IMG/VR virus record: IMGVR_UViG_3300010352_001202
Strand: one strand, 5' to 3'
DNA from: a virus
Lineage: Duplodnaviria; Caudoviricetes
Length of the DNA stretch: 64,000 nt
A program made the translations under genes and the position numbers. A model generated the notes under the pieces. That model was given only the letters and a program-made list of their open reading frames with translations. It had not been told where the DNA came from and did no database searches. Positions 55,299 through 64,000 of this stretch are shown here, one piece after another. Each line of letters opens with the position of its first letter. The stretch's first letter is position 1.

Positions 55299-55741
55299 AA
55301 TGCAACATCACGGCTAACACCAACGGCAAGGGCCGCTGGACGGATGAGGAACGCATGGTCCTCATCACCAAGCTGAAGATTGGCTACAACAGCCAGGAGT
55401 ATTACCCGGAGGAACCGTTCAATGGTGAGCTGCGTGCTTACTTTGATCCAAGCGGCTTCGTCCCGGGTTCCTGGTATGTTCCGGGCCACGGTTTGATCTA
55501 CACGGACAAGCAGTGGATGAAAGAGTTCAAGAAGGGCTTGCGTGAGCTCGGCCTGAGCATCAAGGCTGTGCAGGATGTCTGTTACAGCGAACAAGGAATG
55601 CAGGGCAACGATTATGTCTCGTTGGACATTGGTCCTGTGTTTTATGCAAGCTGGAAACGCCTCCTGAAGAAGCAGGAACAACCGATTGAACTTTCTCTTC
55701 CGTGGAAACCACAACTTAGTAACCTTAAGGAACCAGTATGA
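55295..55741 (+). CDS. hypothetical phage protein
   Basis: GLIYTDKQW...YSEQGMQGNDYVSLD. Confidence 0.75.
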   Translation: MKCNITANTNGKGRWTDEERMVLITKLKIGYNSQEYYPEEPFNGELRAYFDPSGFVPGSWYVPGHGLIYTDKQWMKEFKKGLRELGLSIKAVQDVCYSEQGMQGNDYVSLDIGPVFYASWKRLLKKQEQPIELSLPWKPQLSNLKEPV

Positions 55742-56028
55742 AGCGCACTATTGCAACGATTCTTGCAGCGTCCATCCTGCTTACCGCTTGCGGTGCAGAC
55801 AACAAGGTGATCGGTGGTGTCGAATATGGCACTTACGGTTTGATGAACCAATCGGAGATGAAGAATCCGAACATCCAATACGAGATTTCGGGCTGGTCCA
55901 TCTTTTGGTCATTCATTCTTGTTGAGACCATCATTGCCCCGATCTACTTCATCGGCTGGGATATGTACCAACCGATCGGCAAGAAGGACCCGAACTGGGT
56001 GCCTGGCCAGGTAAATCCGGCCAAATAA
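55738..56028 (+). CDS. lipoprotein
   Basis: Signal peptide with lipobox LTAC. Confidence 0.75.
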   Translation: MKRTIATILAASILLTACGADNKVIGGVEYGTYGLMNQSEMKNPNIQYEISGWSIFWSFILVETIIAPIYFIGWDMYQPIGKKDPNWVPGQVNPAK

Positions 56029-56029
56029 A

Positions 56030-56335
56030 TCAACCTTTGTATTTGTGGACTGAGGAGACCACTACGTAAACGTAGTGGTCTCCTACTTGTGTCATAAGTG
56101 GCAATCTATGTTGATCAGATCGGTAAGCCTTCAATATCTCTACATTGTGATCGATAAGGAAGGTAAGTAGTTCTCTAAGGTGTGTTCGGGATATATTTCC
56201 GTGCAAACCCCTGATCCAAACAATGGTCGATGTCTCCCATAACAAAGTGCATATAGCAACATAGGGTTCAAATGGATTATCGGTTTCGGAAGAATAAAAA
56301 CGTAGGGTGGATGTGAGGATTTCATGTCTGATCAT
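56030..56335 (-). CDS. hypothetical protein (late)
   Basis: CTAAATA 5 nt before the ATG. Confidence 0.6.
   Translation of the reverse strand: MIRHEILTSTLRFYSSETDNPFEPYVAICTLLWETSTIVWIRGLHGNISRTHLRELLTFLIDHNVEILKAYRSDQHRLPLMTQVGDHYVYVVVSSVHKYKG
56053..56084. terminator. perfect 14-bp hairpin at convergent gene ends
   Basis: AGGAGACCACTACG-TAAA-CGTAGTGGTCTCCT. Confidence 0.55.
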
Positions 56336-56465
56336 ATTATTATTTAGTTTGCAACCAGATTGACATCTAACTCGCTATAACACATAATACAACTTCCCAG
56401 GACGGTCTGTGATAGGCACAGTGGGGTCCAACAAAGTAACTAATGCCATGAAAGGCACACATAAA

Positions 56466-57209
56466 ATGAAGAAAATCCTTACTGCTCTTGCACTTGCAGC
56501 GTGCACCTTTTCGGCGTCTGCCGGGCTGGTGTTGGGCGCACCCGGTCTTGCTGATCAAGGTACTTTGACCTTGAATAATTTTGCCAATGGTGGCCACAGT
56601 GGCACTATCCAAGCAAACCCGTTTCCTGCCGAATCGGTTGGTGTCGGTGGTATGAACACTACGTTCGCCGGCTCGCTTGCGAGTGACGGTTCGTACACTG
56701 TCTACTGCGTCGAAGCATATTCCCCAGCATATTGGGGCGCAGGCGGTGCGCATGTTTACGACTTCGGTGCTGCTGCTGTCAGTGCTCAGAGCATCCTGAT
56801 CAGCAAGCTGTTCACTGTCAACGGCGGCGTGACTGCTTCGAGTAACGACAACTCCGCTGGCCTGCAGCTGGCTATCTGGGAAGTTTTGTATGACTCGAAT
56901 CCGGTGGACGTGACCTCCGGCCAGTTTCATGCATCCGTTACTTCCGGCGCCACTGCACGGGCCAACTACCTGCTGTCGCAAGTCAACTCGGTCGGTGCCA
57001 ACTACATGGTATCGTTGTTCACTGATAACAACCTGGAGAAGCCGGGCCGACAAGACTTCATCACCGTGACCGCAGGGACGTTCGGCTGTAATGAAAATGA
57101 TTGTGGCGGCACCGTTCCCGAACCAGGCAGCCTAGCACTTGCTGGCATGGGCCTTATGGGCGCAGGCGTGGTTGGTCGGCGTCGCAAGCTGAAGGTTGTT
57201 TCCGAGTAA
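56466..57209 (+). CDS. PEP-CTERM sorting domain exported protein
   Basis: Signal peptide; YCVE and GLQLAIWE; C-terminal VPEPGSLALAGMGLMGAGVVGRRRK. Confidence 0.92.
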   Translation: MKKILTALALAACTFSASAGLVLGAPGLADQGTLTLNNFANGGHSGTIQANPFPAESVGVGGMNTTFAGSLASDGSYTVYCVEAYSPAYWGAGGAHVYDFGAAAVSAQSILISKLFTVNGGVTASSNDNSAGLQLAIWEVLYDSNPVDVTSGQFHASVTSGATARANYLLSQVNSVGANYMVSLFTDNNLEKPGRQDFITVTAGTFGCNENDCGGTVPEPGSLALAGMGLMGAGVVGRRRKLKVVSE

Positions 57210-57229
57210 ATCCGGAACTTCTTTCATAC

Positions 57230-57250
57230 AGAGGCCTTCGGGCCTCTTCT
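57230..57250 (+). terminator. intrinsic terminator
   Basis: AGAGGCC-TTCG-GGCCTCT. Confidence 0.75.
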
Positions 57251-57316
57251 CACGACCGCAAATAACAACAACACCCTTTTCTCTGATAAATACATAAAAC
57301 ATTATTGGAGAAAAAT

Positions 57317-58120
57317 ATGTTAGCATTATTGAAAGCATTCTTCGCAAAGTTCTTCGCCAAGAAAGTTGCTGAAGTTATTGAACATCAACTAAATGGTTGG
57401 ATTGTAGATAAGGCCGATGGCAGGGACCTTATCTACAAGGCACCGCGAGTTACAAAAACACGCGCATTGGCACCATCGGTTGATCTTACACCATTATTCG
57501 GCCCGGTTGAAAGTCAAGGAGCACTCAATGCCTGCGTCGGGCATGCTGTTACGTCAGCACTTGAAGTTGGCCTAAAGACTACTGATAAATCTCGCCTATT
57601 TGTATACTACAATGCCCGCGCTGGCGAGCTAACAACATCAAGGGATGCCGGCTGTGGAATCCGTAGTGCGATTCTGGGCGTAGCAAAAAAGGGTGCGGCA
57701 GATGAAGCACTGTGGCCATACGACGCAAGCATGGTCCTGGTAGCACCCACAGCAGCCGCGGTTTCAGACGGATTAAGCGTGCCGCCCAGGATCTCTACAT
57801 ACGAGCGCGTCACTACACTTGCAGCACTGAAGGGTGCCATCAATAGTGGCCTACCAGTTGTATTTGGTTTCAAGGTATATCAACACTTCCGCACAGAAAC
57901 TGCAACAACAGGAATGTATTCATTCCCAGCAGGCCAATCACAGATTGGTAGCCACGCTGTTGTAGCCGTAGGGTATGATGACACAACAGGTATGGTGAAG
58001 TGCCGCAACTCGTTTGGATCAAACTGGGGGCAGGCAGGATATTTCTACATGCCTTATGCCTGGTTTGTTGACTTCACTTCGCAGGTATCAGACGCCTGGG
58101 TTATTCGTCCTAAAGTCTAA
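57317..58120 (+). CDS. papain-like cysteine protease (C1A)
   Basis: QGALNAC, SHAVVAVGY, RNSFGSNWGQAGY; GATAAATA and GGAG upstream. Confidence 0.92.
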   Translation: MLALLKAFFAKFFAKKVAEVIEHQLNGWIVDKADGRDLIYKAPRVTKTRALAPSVDLTPLFGPVESQGALNACVGHAVTSALEVGLKTTDKSRLFVYYNARAGELTTSRDAGCGIRSAILGVAKKGAADEALWPYDASMVLVAPTAAAVSDGLSVPPRISTYERVTTLAALKGAINSGLPVVFGFKVYQHFRTETATTGMYSFPAGQSQIGSHAVVAVGYDDTTGMVKCRNSFGSNWGQAGYFYMPYAWFVDFTSQVSDAWVIRPKV

Positions 58121-58231
58121 TATCATTTGCCACCCCTGGGTGGTCGCATAATCTCCTGTCCAGCTGCATAATACTTGCAGCAACAGGAGATTGTCTTTTG
58201 TTGCACCCCAACCCACACACGAAAGACACAA

Positions 58232-58456
58232 ATGGAAGCCCTTGTCAAACTCATCCTCGTCGTCCTGTTCATCTGTTTCCTGCTGCTGGCAGGTCCCTGG
58301 TGCTTCATCTGGGGCATCAACACGCTGATGGCTGCTTCGATGGTCGGTGCTCCGGCTGGCGCCTTTGTCCCGCAGATCGCCTTCAGCTTCTGGACCTGGC
58401 TGGCTGCGATCCTGGCAGGCGGCCTGGCCATCCTGCCGTCCGTGCGCCGCGGTTGA
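58232..58456 (+). CDS. small membrane protein
   Basis: Hydrophobic; IWGINTL...FWTWLAA. Confidence 0.7.
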   Translation: MEALVKLILVVLFICFLLLAGPWCFIWGINTLMAASMVGAPAGAFVPQIAFSFWTWLAAILAGGLAILPSVRRG

Positions 58457-58507
58457 TCTTCCAGTGGGGTGGTGCTATACTAACGCATCACCCCACTTGG
58501 AACAAAA

Positions 58508-58888
58508 ATGAACGCGAAGCCAGGAGATAAGTTTTCACTCAGGATACCTGGTCAGGGTGTCCAAAACAAGGTTGCCTGCATCAAGGCTATCCGTACACTT
58601 ACGGGCCTTGGGCTGAAGGAAGCAAAGGATGCGTCCGAACGCTACAACGAGCAGCAATCTTTCGAGTTCTCTGGCTCGCTCTTCCTTCCACACATCGCCA
58701 CCGATCAAGAAATCGATAACCAGTTCCGCATCCTGCGTGCTGAAATGGTTGAAGTCGGTGATCCCGTCTACAAACTGCTGGAAGAACTTCGCAGAATCGG
58801 TGCGCAAGCATTGATTCAAGGTGAAGACGAACTTGCCAACGAAATCCTTCAACTTGTCTTAGCGGAGAAACTTCGTAGAGCTGTATGA
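58508..58888 (+). CDS. ribosomal protein L7/L12 C-terminal-domain-like protein
   Basis: NKVACIKAIRTLTGLGLKEAKDASE resembles KVAVIKAVRxxTGLGLKEAKDLVE. Confidence 0.75.
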   Translation: MNAKPGDKFSLRIPGQGVQNKVACIKAIRTLTGLGLKEAKDASERYNEQQSFEFSGSLFLPHIATDQEIDNQFRILRAEMVEVGDPVYKLLEELRRIGAQALIQGEDELANEILQLVLAEKLRRAV

Positions 58889-59061
58889 AGCAGAACCCGA
58901 CACCGCAGCGGTTGCACGATCGCATTTCGAAAAATAGAAAAGTTCGAAAACTGATATTTGTTGTCTGCTATCCGGGAAGACGGCTACTACCGTCGACAAA
59001 GCGGGCAAGAAGAATATCAAAAACATTCTACCAGAAACTTTCGGAGAATAAGCATGACTGA
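58885..59061 (+). CDS. small basic protein, not in ORF track
   Basis: ATGA overlap; 58 aa, Arg/Lys-rich. Confidence 0.4.
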   Translation: MKQNPTPQRLHDRISKNRKVRKLIFVVCYPGRRLLPSTKRARRISKTFYQKLSENKHD

Positions 59062-59257
59062 GTTCAAGGCTGGTGATAAAATCCGTCTGATCAAAATGGG
59101 TGATGATCCTACCCCCATTCCGCCGGGTGCAACTGGTACTATCCAACACTACACCATCTTTGGTCTCGGTGCCATTATCACTGTGAAGTGGGATCCACCA
59201 AACGAATCCAGAGCACTCAATCTCTGCTATCCGGAAGATTGGTTTGAGGTTATTTGA
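59054..59257 (+). CDS. DUF4314-like small protein
   Basis: GDKIRLIKMGDDPTPIPPGATGTI...VKWD. Confidence 0.7.
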   Translation: MTEFKAGDKIRLIKMGDDPTPIPPGATGTIQHYTIFGLGAIITVKWDPPNESRALNLCYPEDWFEVI

Positions 59258-59332
59258 TAAGACTCCAAAGGTAATAGTTGACGCAGGTACTGGTCTGCTA
59301 CATAATACATACATCGCACACAGGAGCACACG

Positions 59333-59605
59333 ATGAGCCGAACCAAAGCAATCAATGAATACTGCAAGGGTTGCATTTACGACCACAAGGCGCCCGGAAC
59401 TTGGCGTGAACAGGTCGAGAACTGCAACTCTGGTCCGCAAGCCAAGGTGCCGTGCCCGCTGTGGCCGTACCGTCCCATCACCGTTGCAACCGTCAACGCC
59501 AACCGGAAGCACCGCGACACGGCCGGCAACGAGATCGACATGGATGCACTCCTGGCCGATCTGGAAGACGAAGAAGACGAGCCTGCTGCGGATCCGGTGG
59601 CATGA
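59333..59605 (+). CDS. small Cys-rich protein
   Basis: AINEYCKGC...C...CPLWPYRP; promoter and AGGAG SD. Confidence 0.7.
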   Translation: MSRTKAINEYCKGCIYDHKAPGTWREQVENCNSGPQAKVPCPLWPYRPITVATVNANRKHRDTAGNEIDMDALLADLEDEEDEPAADPVA

Positions 59606-59802
59606 AAAAGTTCATCCTGTGGCACGATGGTGACAAGGATACGGGCATTCCCGGCGAGCGCGCCGAGGTGGTGTTCGATCCCGATTCCATTGCCGGCCAT
59701 TCTGCCGAAATCGGGCAAAGCCATGTTGCCCATGTCAGGATTGTCCTGAAGGATGCTTTTCAGAAGCTCTGGGACTTTCCTGTCAAAGTCAATGTCGAAT
59801 AA
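59602..59802 (+). CDS. hypothetical protein
   Basis: ATGA overlap. Confidence 0.6.
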   Translation: MKKFILWHDGDKDTGIPGERAEVVFDPDSIAGHSAEIGQSHVAHVRIVLKDAFQKLWDFPVKVNVE

Positions 59803-59808
59803 GGAATC

Positions 59809-60075
59809 GTGATGCTCAAGTCTATCAGTTACTGCACCGCAAACGAAGACGGCGTGGAAGAAATCTCCATTTGCCGTGATCGCACACTGCTCGAATGGTC
59901 CAAGCACATGCTGGCCACCGGCTCCAGCGATCGCGAAATCACCGAGGTGTATGTGGTTGATGGACTGCAATGGGTGGACAAGGCTACTCGCATTGCGCCC
60001 GGTTTCGAGAAGCAACACGAGCTCTTCGAAATCAAGGGCGAATTCAAGCGCCAGGACAGCCAGTTGACGGCATAA
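59809..60075 (+). CDS. hypothetical protein
   Basis: AAGGA SD. Confidence 0.6.
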   Translation: MMLKSISYCTANEDGVEEISICRDRTLLEWSKHMLATGSSDREITEVYVVDGLQWVDKATRIAPGFEKQHELFEIKGEFKRQDSQLTA

Positions 60076-60115
60076 CTCCTTCTGCTATAATAAACACAAG
60101 CAACAAGGAATAGAC

Positions 60116-60367
60116 ATGCGAGTTTCCAAGCAAGGCCTGCAATCACAAGTTCGTGTGTTGAAGCGTCCCGAAACCATGTTTGCGGAAGACGACAGCTGGC
60201 GCATGGGCCACATCATGCTGGACAAGGATGCAAGCGGCTACATGCTGGAAGAGGTGGTTGGTTCGGCTGGTTCCACTAACAACCTGTCAACTCGCATGTC
60301 TGCATCGGACATGGATACCTACCTTACCGGCATGCTGCGCGGTGTTGGACTCACAGTGAAAGTGTAA
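60116..60367 (+). CDS. hypothetical protein
   Basis: TTGACG..TATAAT promoter, AAGGA SD. Confidence 0.65.
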   Translation: MRVSKQGLQSQVRVLKRPETMFAEDDSWRMGHIMLDKDASGYMLEEVVGSAGSTNNLSTRMSASDMDTYLTGMLRGVGLTVKV

Positions 60368-60371
60368 GAAC

Positions 60372-60605
60372 ATGGCACTCTTAGGAAAACAGGTCAAACT
60401 TACTGGCCTCAGTCAAAAGGGCAAGAACAGGGTCAGGGAACACTCAAACGAGTGGGTAGTTCTCGCGGAAACAGATCATGTTTTGTTCGCACCGGGGGCT
60501 GTTGGCCCGTGGATCTTTGTGTCCCCGAAGGGCTGCGATCAGAATCACAAGGCATCGAGATGGATCAAGGTAACCGGGGACCCCGATTTTAGGATAGAGG
60601 AGTAG
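60372..60605 (+). CDS. hypothetical phage protein
   Basis: KGKNRVREH...W...RWI...DPDF. Confidence 0.65.
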   Translation: MALLGKQVKLTGLSQKGKNRVREHSNEWVVLAETDHVLFAPGAVGPWIFVSPKGCDQNHKASRWIKVTGDPDFRIEE

Positions 60606-61146
60606 ACTCCAACCTTTGTAGTCTTTTTGCCTCTTCTCTTGCCTTTGCTGCTATTTTCATCCGGGCTTTTGTTTCTTCGCTTTTCGGACCGAATGATCTT
60701 CCCTTCAGGGCTGCACTTAGTTTATCTTTTGTTTCATTACTGATTTGTTTCTTCGGCCTGCCTAAGTGATATTCCCTAATCCTGGCCTTTGCCTCTTCTG
60801 TGTGATGATAACCCGGTTTTCCCTTTCTTCCTTTTTGTATAATACTTTTTTGTTTTTTCTGTTCCTCTGTATATTGATAACCGGATGTTCCGTCGCCACC
60901 ATCCGTCCTGTTATTTAGAATACCTGTTCCTAAGTCCTTCCTACCATACCACCTAATCATTCTGCGTTCAAGAGCAAATGCTCCAATCTCGGATAGGTTG
61001 GTCTCTAAGAAAACTATTCTAAAACGATCTCTCGGTGTAGTCGCACTTCCGTTATGCGGTCTTACAGCACGATCGCCTTTTCCTTTTCCAATGTAATATG
61101 GTGTCCCATCCTTTCGGAGGTAAGCATAGACATAAAATATATACAT
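60589..61146 (-). CDS. GIY-YIG homing endonuclease with NUMOD3 repeats
   Basis: YVYAY...YYIGKG, R, E and NRTDGGDG; HTEEAK, SEETK; GATAAATA 4 nt upstream. Confidence 0.9.
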   Translation of the reverse strand: MYIFYVYAYLRKDGTPYYIGKGKGDRAVRPHNGSATTPRDRFRIVFLETNLSEIGAFALERRMIRWYGRKDLGTGILNNRTDGGDGTSGYQYTEEQKKQKSIIQKGRKGKPGYHHTEEAKARIREYHLGRPKKQISNETKDKLSAALKGRSFGPKSEETKARMKIAAKAREEAKRLQRLESTPLS

Positions 61147-61267
61147 ACTTTATTTATCCGGGCTAACCGTAGGTTGACAGACTTCTGCCAAGAGTGCATA
61201 ATCAGACTACGGTGGACGGAATAAGCCAGACACCTGTAAACACACACAATCCACTTTGGAGATACAC

Positions 61268-61735
61268 ATGACCCAAGCTACCGATACCACCGTTACCCAA
61301 ACCCCCGACACCACGACCGCCACTGCTGCGCCGGCTGCCCCGAAGGCCCCGAGCAAGAAGTCCCTGGCCCTGGCGATCTTCCAGGCCAAGATGGCCGACC
61401 GCGTCGCCGGCAAGTTCGCGTCCAACAAGGAATTCCGCGCTGCTGTGCTGACCACCATCCAGGCCGACCTGGGCGTGAGCGTTGCATCCGCTGCGACGAT
61501 GTACAACGCCGCCAAGAAGGACGCCGAAGCCGCTGACGCCACCGTCAAGCTGGGCCGTGACCCGAAGAAGGAAAAGGCCCCGTCGACCGGCAAGCGCGGC
61601 CGTCCCGCTGGTAGTCGCAACAAAGAAAAAGCACCTGTCGAAGCACCTGCAGCCGATGCTGTGATTCTTCCGGCTGCTGAACTGGAAACTGTTCCGGAAG
61701 TTGCAACGCCCGCGGCTGAACCGGCACACGCCTAA
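61268..61735 (+). CDS. Ala/Lys-rich putative DNA-binding protein with AT-hook
   Basis: KRGRPAGSRNK; strong promoter; highly GC3-biased codons. Confidence 0.7.
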   Translation: MTQATDTTVTQTPDTTTATAAPAAPKAPSKKSLALAIFQAKMADRVAGKFASNKEFRAAVLTTIQADLGVSVASAATMYNAAKKDAEAADATVKLGRDPKKEKAPSTGKRGRPAGSRNKEKAPVEAPAADAVILPAAELETVPEVATPAAEPAHA

Positions 61736-61754
61736 TCAGATTCCAGTCTGCCAC

Positions 61755-61788
61755 ATAGTCCATAGCGGGTAAATACGCTATGGACTAT
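61755..61788 (+). promoter_or_regulatory. start-codon-sequestering hairpin with late box in its loop
   Basis: ATAGTCCATAGCG-GGTAAATA-CGCTATGGACTAT (13 bp, perfect). Confidence 0.75.
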
Positions 61789-62442
61789 TCGCGCATTTAC
61801 AATCAGCTAATAGAACGCGGGCAAAATCGTCAAGAAGGCAGGCGCCGTAAAGACCTGGTTAGTTTACTGGGACACATAGAACGACATCATATAAAGCCGA
61901 GATCTCTCGGTGGTGCAGATTCTCCGGAAAATCTAGTATACCTTACCCCGGAGGAGCATTTTGTTGCACACAAACTTTTAGTAAAGCTTCATCCAAATGA
62001 TATCGGTCCGTTACGGGCGCTGATGATCCTATCGGGAAGAAATAACAAATATAGAAACAACAAGTTATTTGGGTGGGCCCGCAAACGCTATTCGGAAATG
62101 CGCAAGGGTAACATACCTTGGAATAAGGGTCTAACCTGGTCGGAAGAAGTAAAAGATAAGATAAGGGAAGCTCGTAAGTTGCAAGTTATCACAGACGAAA
62201 CTCGGGCAAAGATTAGTGCCGCCGGAAGTGGTAAAAATAATCATTTCTATGGTAAAAAGCATTCGGCCGAATCAAAAGCAAAAACGAGTGCAAACAATAA
62301 ATCCAGTAAGAAAGTATCCTGTGATGGTGTTGTGTATAACTCAATGGCCGATGCCGCCACGGCATATGGATTCAAGTTATATGTAACAGTAAAGAAAAGA
62401 TGCTTATCCGAAAAATGGCCCGGTTGGTTCATACTCGATTGA
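61780..62442 (+). CDS. HNH homing endonuclease with NUMOD3 motifs
   Basis: ERHHIKPRSLGG...NLVYLTPEEHFVAH; NHFYGKKHSAESK. Confidence 0.9.
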   Translation: MDYSRIYNQLIERGQNRQEGRRRKDLVSLLGHIERHHIKPRSLGGADSPENLVYLTPEEHFVAHKLLVKLHPNDIGPLRALMILSGRNNKYRNNKLFGWARKRYSEMRKGNIPWNKGLTWSEEVKDKIREARKLQVITDETRAKISAAGSGKNNHFYGKKHSAESKAKTSANNKSSKKVSCDGVVYNSMADAATAYGFKLYVTVKKRCLSEKWPGWFILD

Positions 62443-62472
62443 CTATTTGTTTTGCAGCCATTACAATGCAGC

Positions 62473-63021
62473 ATGGCAACAAAATCTACCAAATCTACCA
62501 AACTTCCCGATCAGGTCTATGTGACCCAGAAGAAGCAACCCAAGTATGACAACGGCGTCATCATCGGGTATGACACCCCGCTGGGCTTCCTGAACGCTTA
62601 CGAGCCGAAGAAGTCGACCTGGGCATCCAAGATGAAGACTCAGATCGAATGGGCCTATGGTGGATACATGGCTGATTTCAAATGGGAAGACCGCGGCGGG
62701 CATATGTGGATCTCCGGCTGGCGCTGGGACTACGATCCCGTTACCCGCGACAGAATAAAGAAAGTGCTCGACGACTGGGCCGATCCACAACCGATGGTGT
62801 ACGACAATGCACCGATGCGTGGCTTCAAGATCGAGAACTCTGTGAGTCGATATTCCACTTCCAACAAGCTGTGGCGCATCCTGGACCCACGTGGGTTTGA
62901 ACTTGAGATCACTACTGGCTGCCTGGAAACAATCATCATGGAAGCTGGCATCCTGAAGGGCGGGGAGATCGACGCACCTTGCAGCTGGATGAGCAACAAG
63001 AACCTAGTAGTGGTGCCCTAA
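62473..63021 (+). CDS. hypothetical phage protein
   Basis: DNAPMRGFKI...ILDPRGFELEI; TTGACT-17-TACAAT 5 nt before the ATG. Confidence 0.75.
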   Translation: MATKSTKSTKLPDQVYVTQKKQPKYDNGVIIGYDTPLGFLNAYEPKKSTWASKMKTQIEWAYGGYMADFKWEDRGGHMWISGWRWDYDPVTRDRIKKVLDDWADPQPMVYDNAPMRGFKIENSVSRYSTSNKLWRILDPRGFELEITTGCLETIIMEAGILKGGEIDAPCSWMSNKNLVVVP

Positions 63022-63022
63022 T

Positions 63023-63490
63023 ATGAAAAATGTAACTGCTCAAGTCAACAACGGCCACGAAGACTGCATTGTCAAAATTGCAGAAGTTGAAGCCAGACGC
63101 AATGCGAAATATGTCGGGCAGATGGCAATCCGCGACGCCCACGGCAACTGGTCGGAAGATGTTCCTGCGGAGATCTTCTGGCAGGAAACACCCCCGGTGG
63201 AAGGATACTCCAACTACTTCGCATTGTTCGTGCGTCGTGGTGTGCTGTACATCACAAGTGGTGCATCTGCTGTAGAAGGCGTTATCAACGGTGTAGTGGC
63301 GGATGATGGCGAAATCATCTACAGTCGCGCCCGCCACGACATGCGCTACTCGCAAGACAAGTCTGTCTGGATTGACGGTGGAAGAGACTACATGCGCAGC
63401 GGTATGCATGGCCGATTCATCCTGCTGAAGGTTGTTGACGGACAATGGTTCGAACTCGAAGGTGAGGAGATTCCAAATGAAGGCGAGTGA
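63023..63490 (+). CDS. hypothetical phage protein
   Basis: YSRARHD...IDGGRDY. Confidence 0.75.
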   Translation: MKNVTAQVNNGHEDCIVKIAEVEARRNAKYVGQMAIRDAHGNWSEDVPAEIFWQETPPVEGYSNYFALFVRRGVLYITSGASAVEGVINGVVADDGEIIYSRARHDMRYSQDKSVWIDGGRDYMRSGMHGRFILLKVVDGQWFELEGEEIPNEGE

Positions 63491-63701
63491 AGCACGGGCG
63501 ATGGCAGACGAGAAGTCTTACTTCAGGCAAATCCGTGCTGAAGCAATGACAGGGAAAACTGTCACCACCCTGGAGTTTATTTCTCGCGAGTTTGCCGACC
63601 AGGCAAGGCTTCATCTGACAAGTCTGGGTTATGAATGCGGCAAAATCAAAGAGCACAAGGATTCGTTTGGTGATGACTACTTGTTCCATGTGAGCTGGTA
63701 A
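63477..63701 (+). CDS. hypothetical protein
   Basis: GAGGAG SD; L..LGY...VSW. Confidence 0.65.
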   Translation: MKASEARAMADEKSYFRQIRAEAMTGKTVTTLEFISREFADQARLHLTSLGYECGKIKEHKDSFGDDYLFHVSW

Positions 63702-64000
63702 TGAACATCCTGCTTGTAATCCATTCATCTGGTAGTTATGATGACTTCCGTGAAGATCCTGTCCTTGCCACATTCGATCAAGCGAAGGCTGATGCGAAGG
63801 TAGCAGAGATGAAGGCTCGCCTTGTTCGCAGGAACGAAGTGTGGGGTCTGATAAACATCACCCATATGAAACAATGGGATGCAGTCAATCCGCGACCATT
63901 GGTAGGTACCATCAAACCGAAGGCACTTCCTAACTTCGGTGGCGGCGGGTTCAACAAGTGGACACTGACGCAAAAGGAACAGTATCGTGCAGCAAAAGCT
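63701..64000 (+). CDS. hypothetical protein, 3'-truncated by window edge
   Basis: TAATG overlap; open to the end of the window. Confidence 0.6.
   Translation, partial: MNILLVIHSSGSYDDFREDPVLATFDQAKADAKVAEMKARLVRRNEVWGLINITHMKQWDAVNPRPLVGTIKPKALPNFGGGGFNKWTLTQKEQYRAAKA

Noticed and set aside
1-64000. Genome-wide stop-codon reassignment (TAG or TGA)
   Set aside because: Long conserved genes are intact in the standard code, several end sensibly in TAG (13696, 18816, 49794), and no suppressor tRNA is seen; only one suspicious TAG was found.
1-64000. CRISPR array, diversity-generating retroelement or retron
   Set aside because: No repeat-spacer array and no reverse transcriptase motif were seen; the small-protein array has no DNA-level template/variable repeat.

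Overview
The window is a 64-kb fragment of a large, T4-like/jumbo tailed-phage genome. Almost all genes are on the + strand, and I found no CRISPR array, rRNA or integrase. Left part (1-14.7 kb): end of a family-B DNA polymerase, a clamp-like protein, and a putative 7-deazaguanine DNA-modification cluster (TGT/DpdA-like transglycosylase, QueD-like T-fold protein, QueE) interleaved with a GT-B glycosyltransferase, GalE and MazG, followed by RNase H. Middle: RNA and host-takeover enzymes (RlmN/Cfr-like radical SAM, RtcB, macro domain, SPFH, AAA ATPase, MoxR plus vWA-metallopeptidase), a peptidase S11, and an array of small divergent proteins that share a C-terminal helix motif. Right part: three tRNAs (Arg-UCU, a CAU tRNA, and Leu-UAA split by a 197-nt group I intron), several free-standing homing endonucleases, a ~550-nt ORF-free structured RNA candidate, a PEP-CTERM protein, a papain-like protease and an L7/L12-like protein. 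Many sigma70-type and TAAATA late-type promoters sit only 4-7 nt before the ATG, implying pervasive leaderless mRNAs. The host is probably a Gram-negative proteobacterium with PEP-CTERM sorting (inference). All calls come from motif recognition by eye; no database searches were run.
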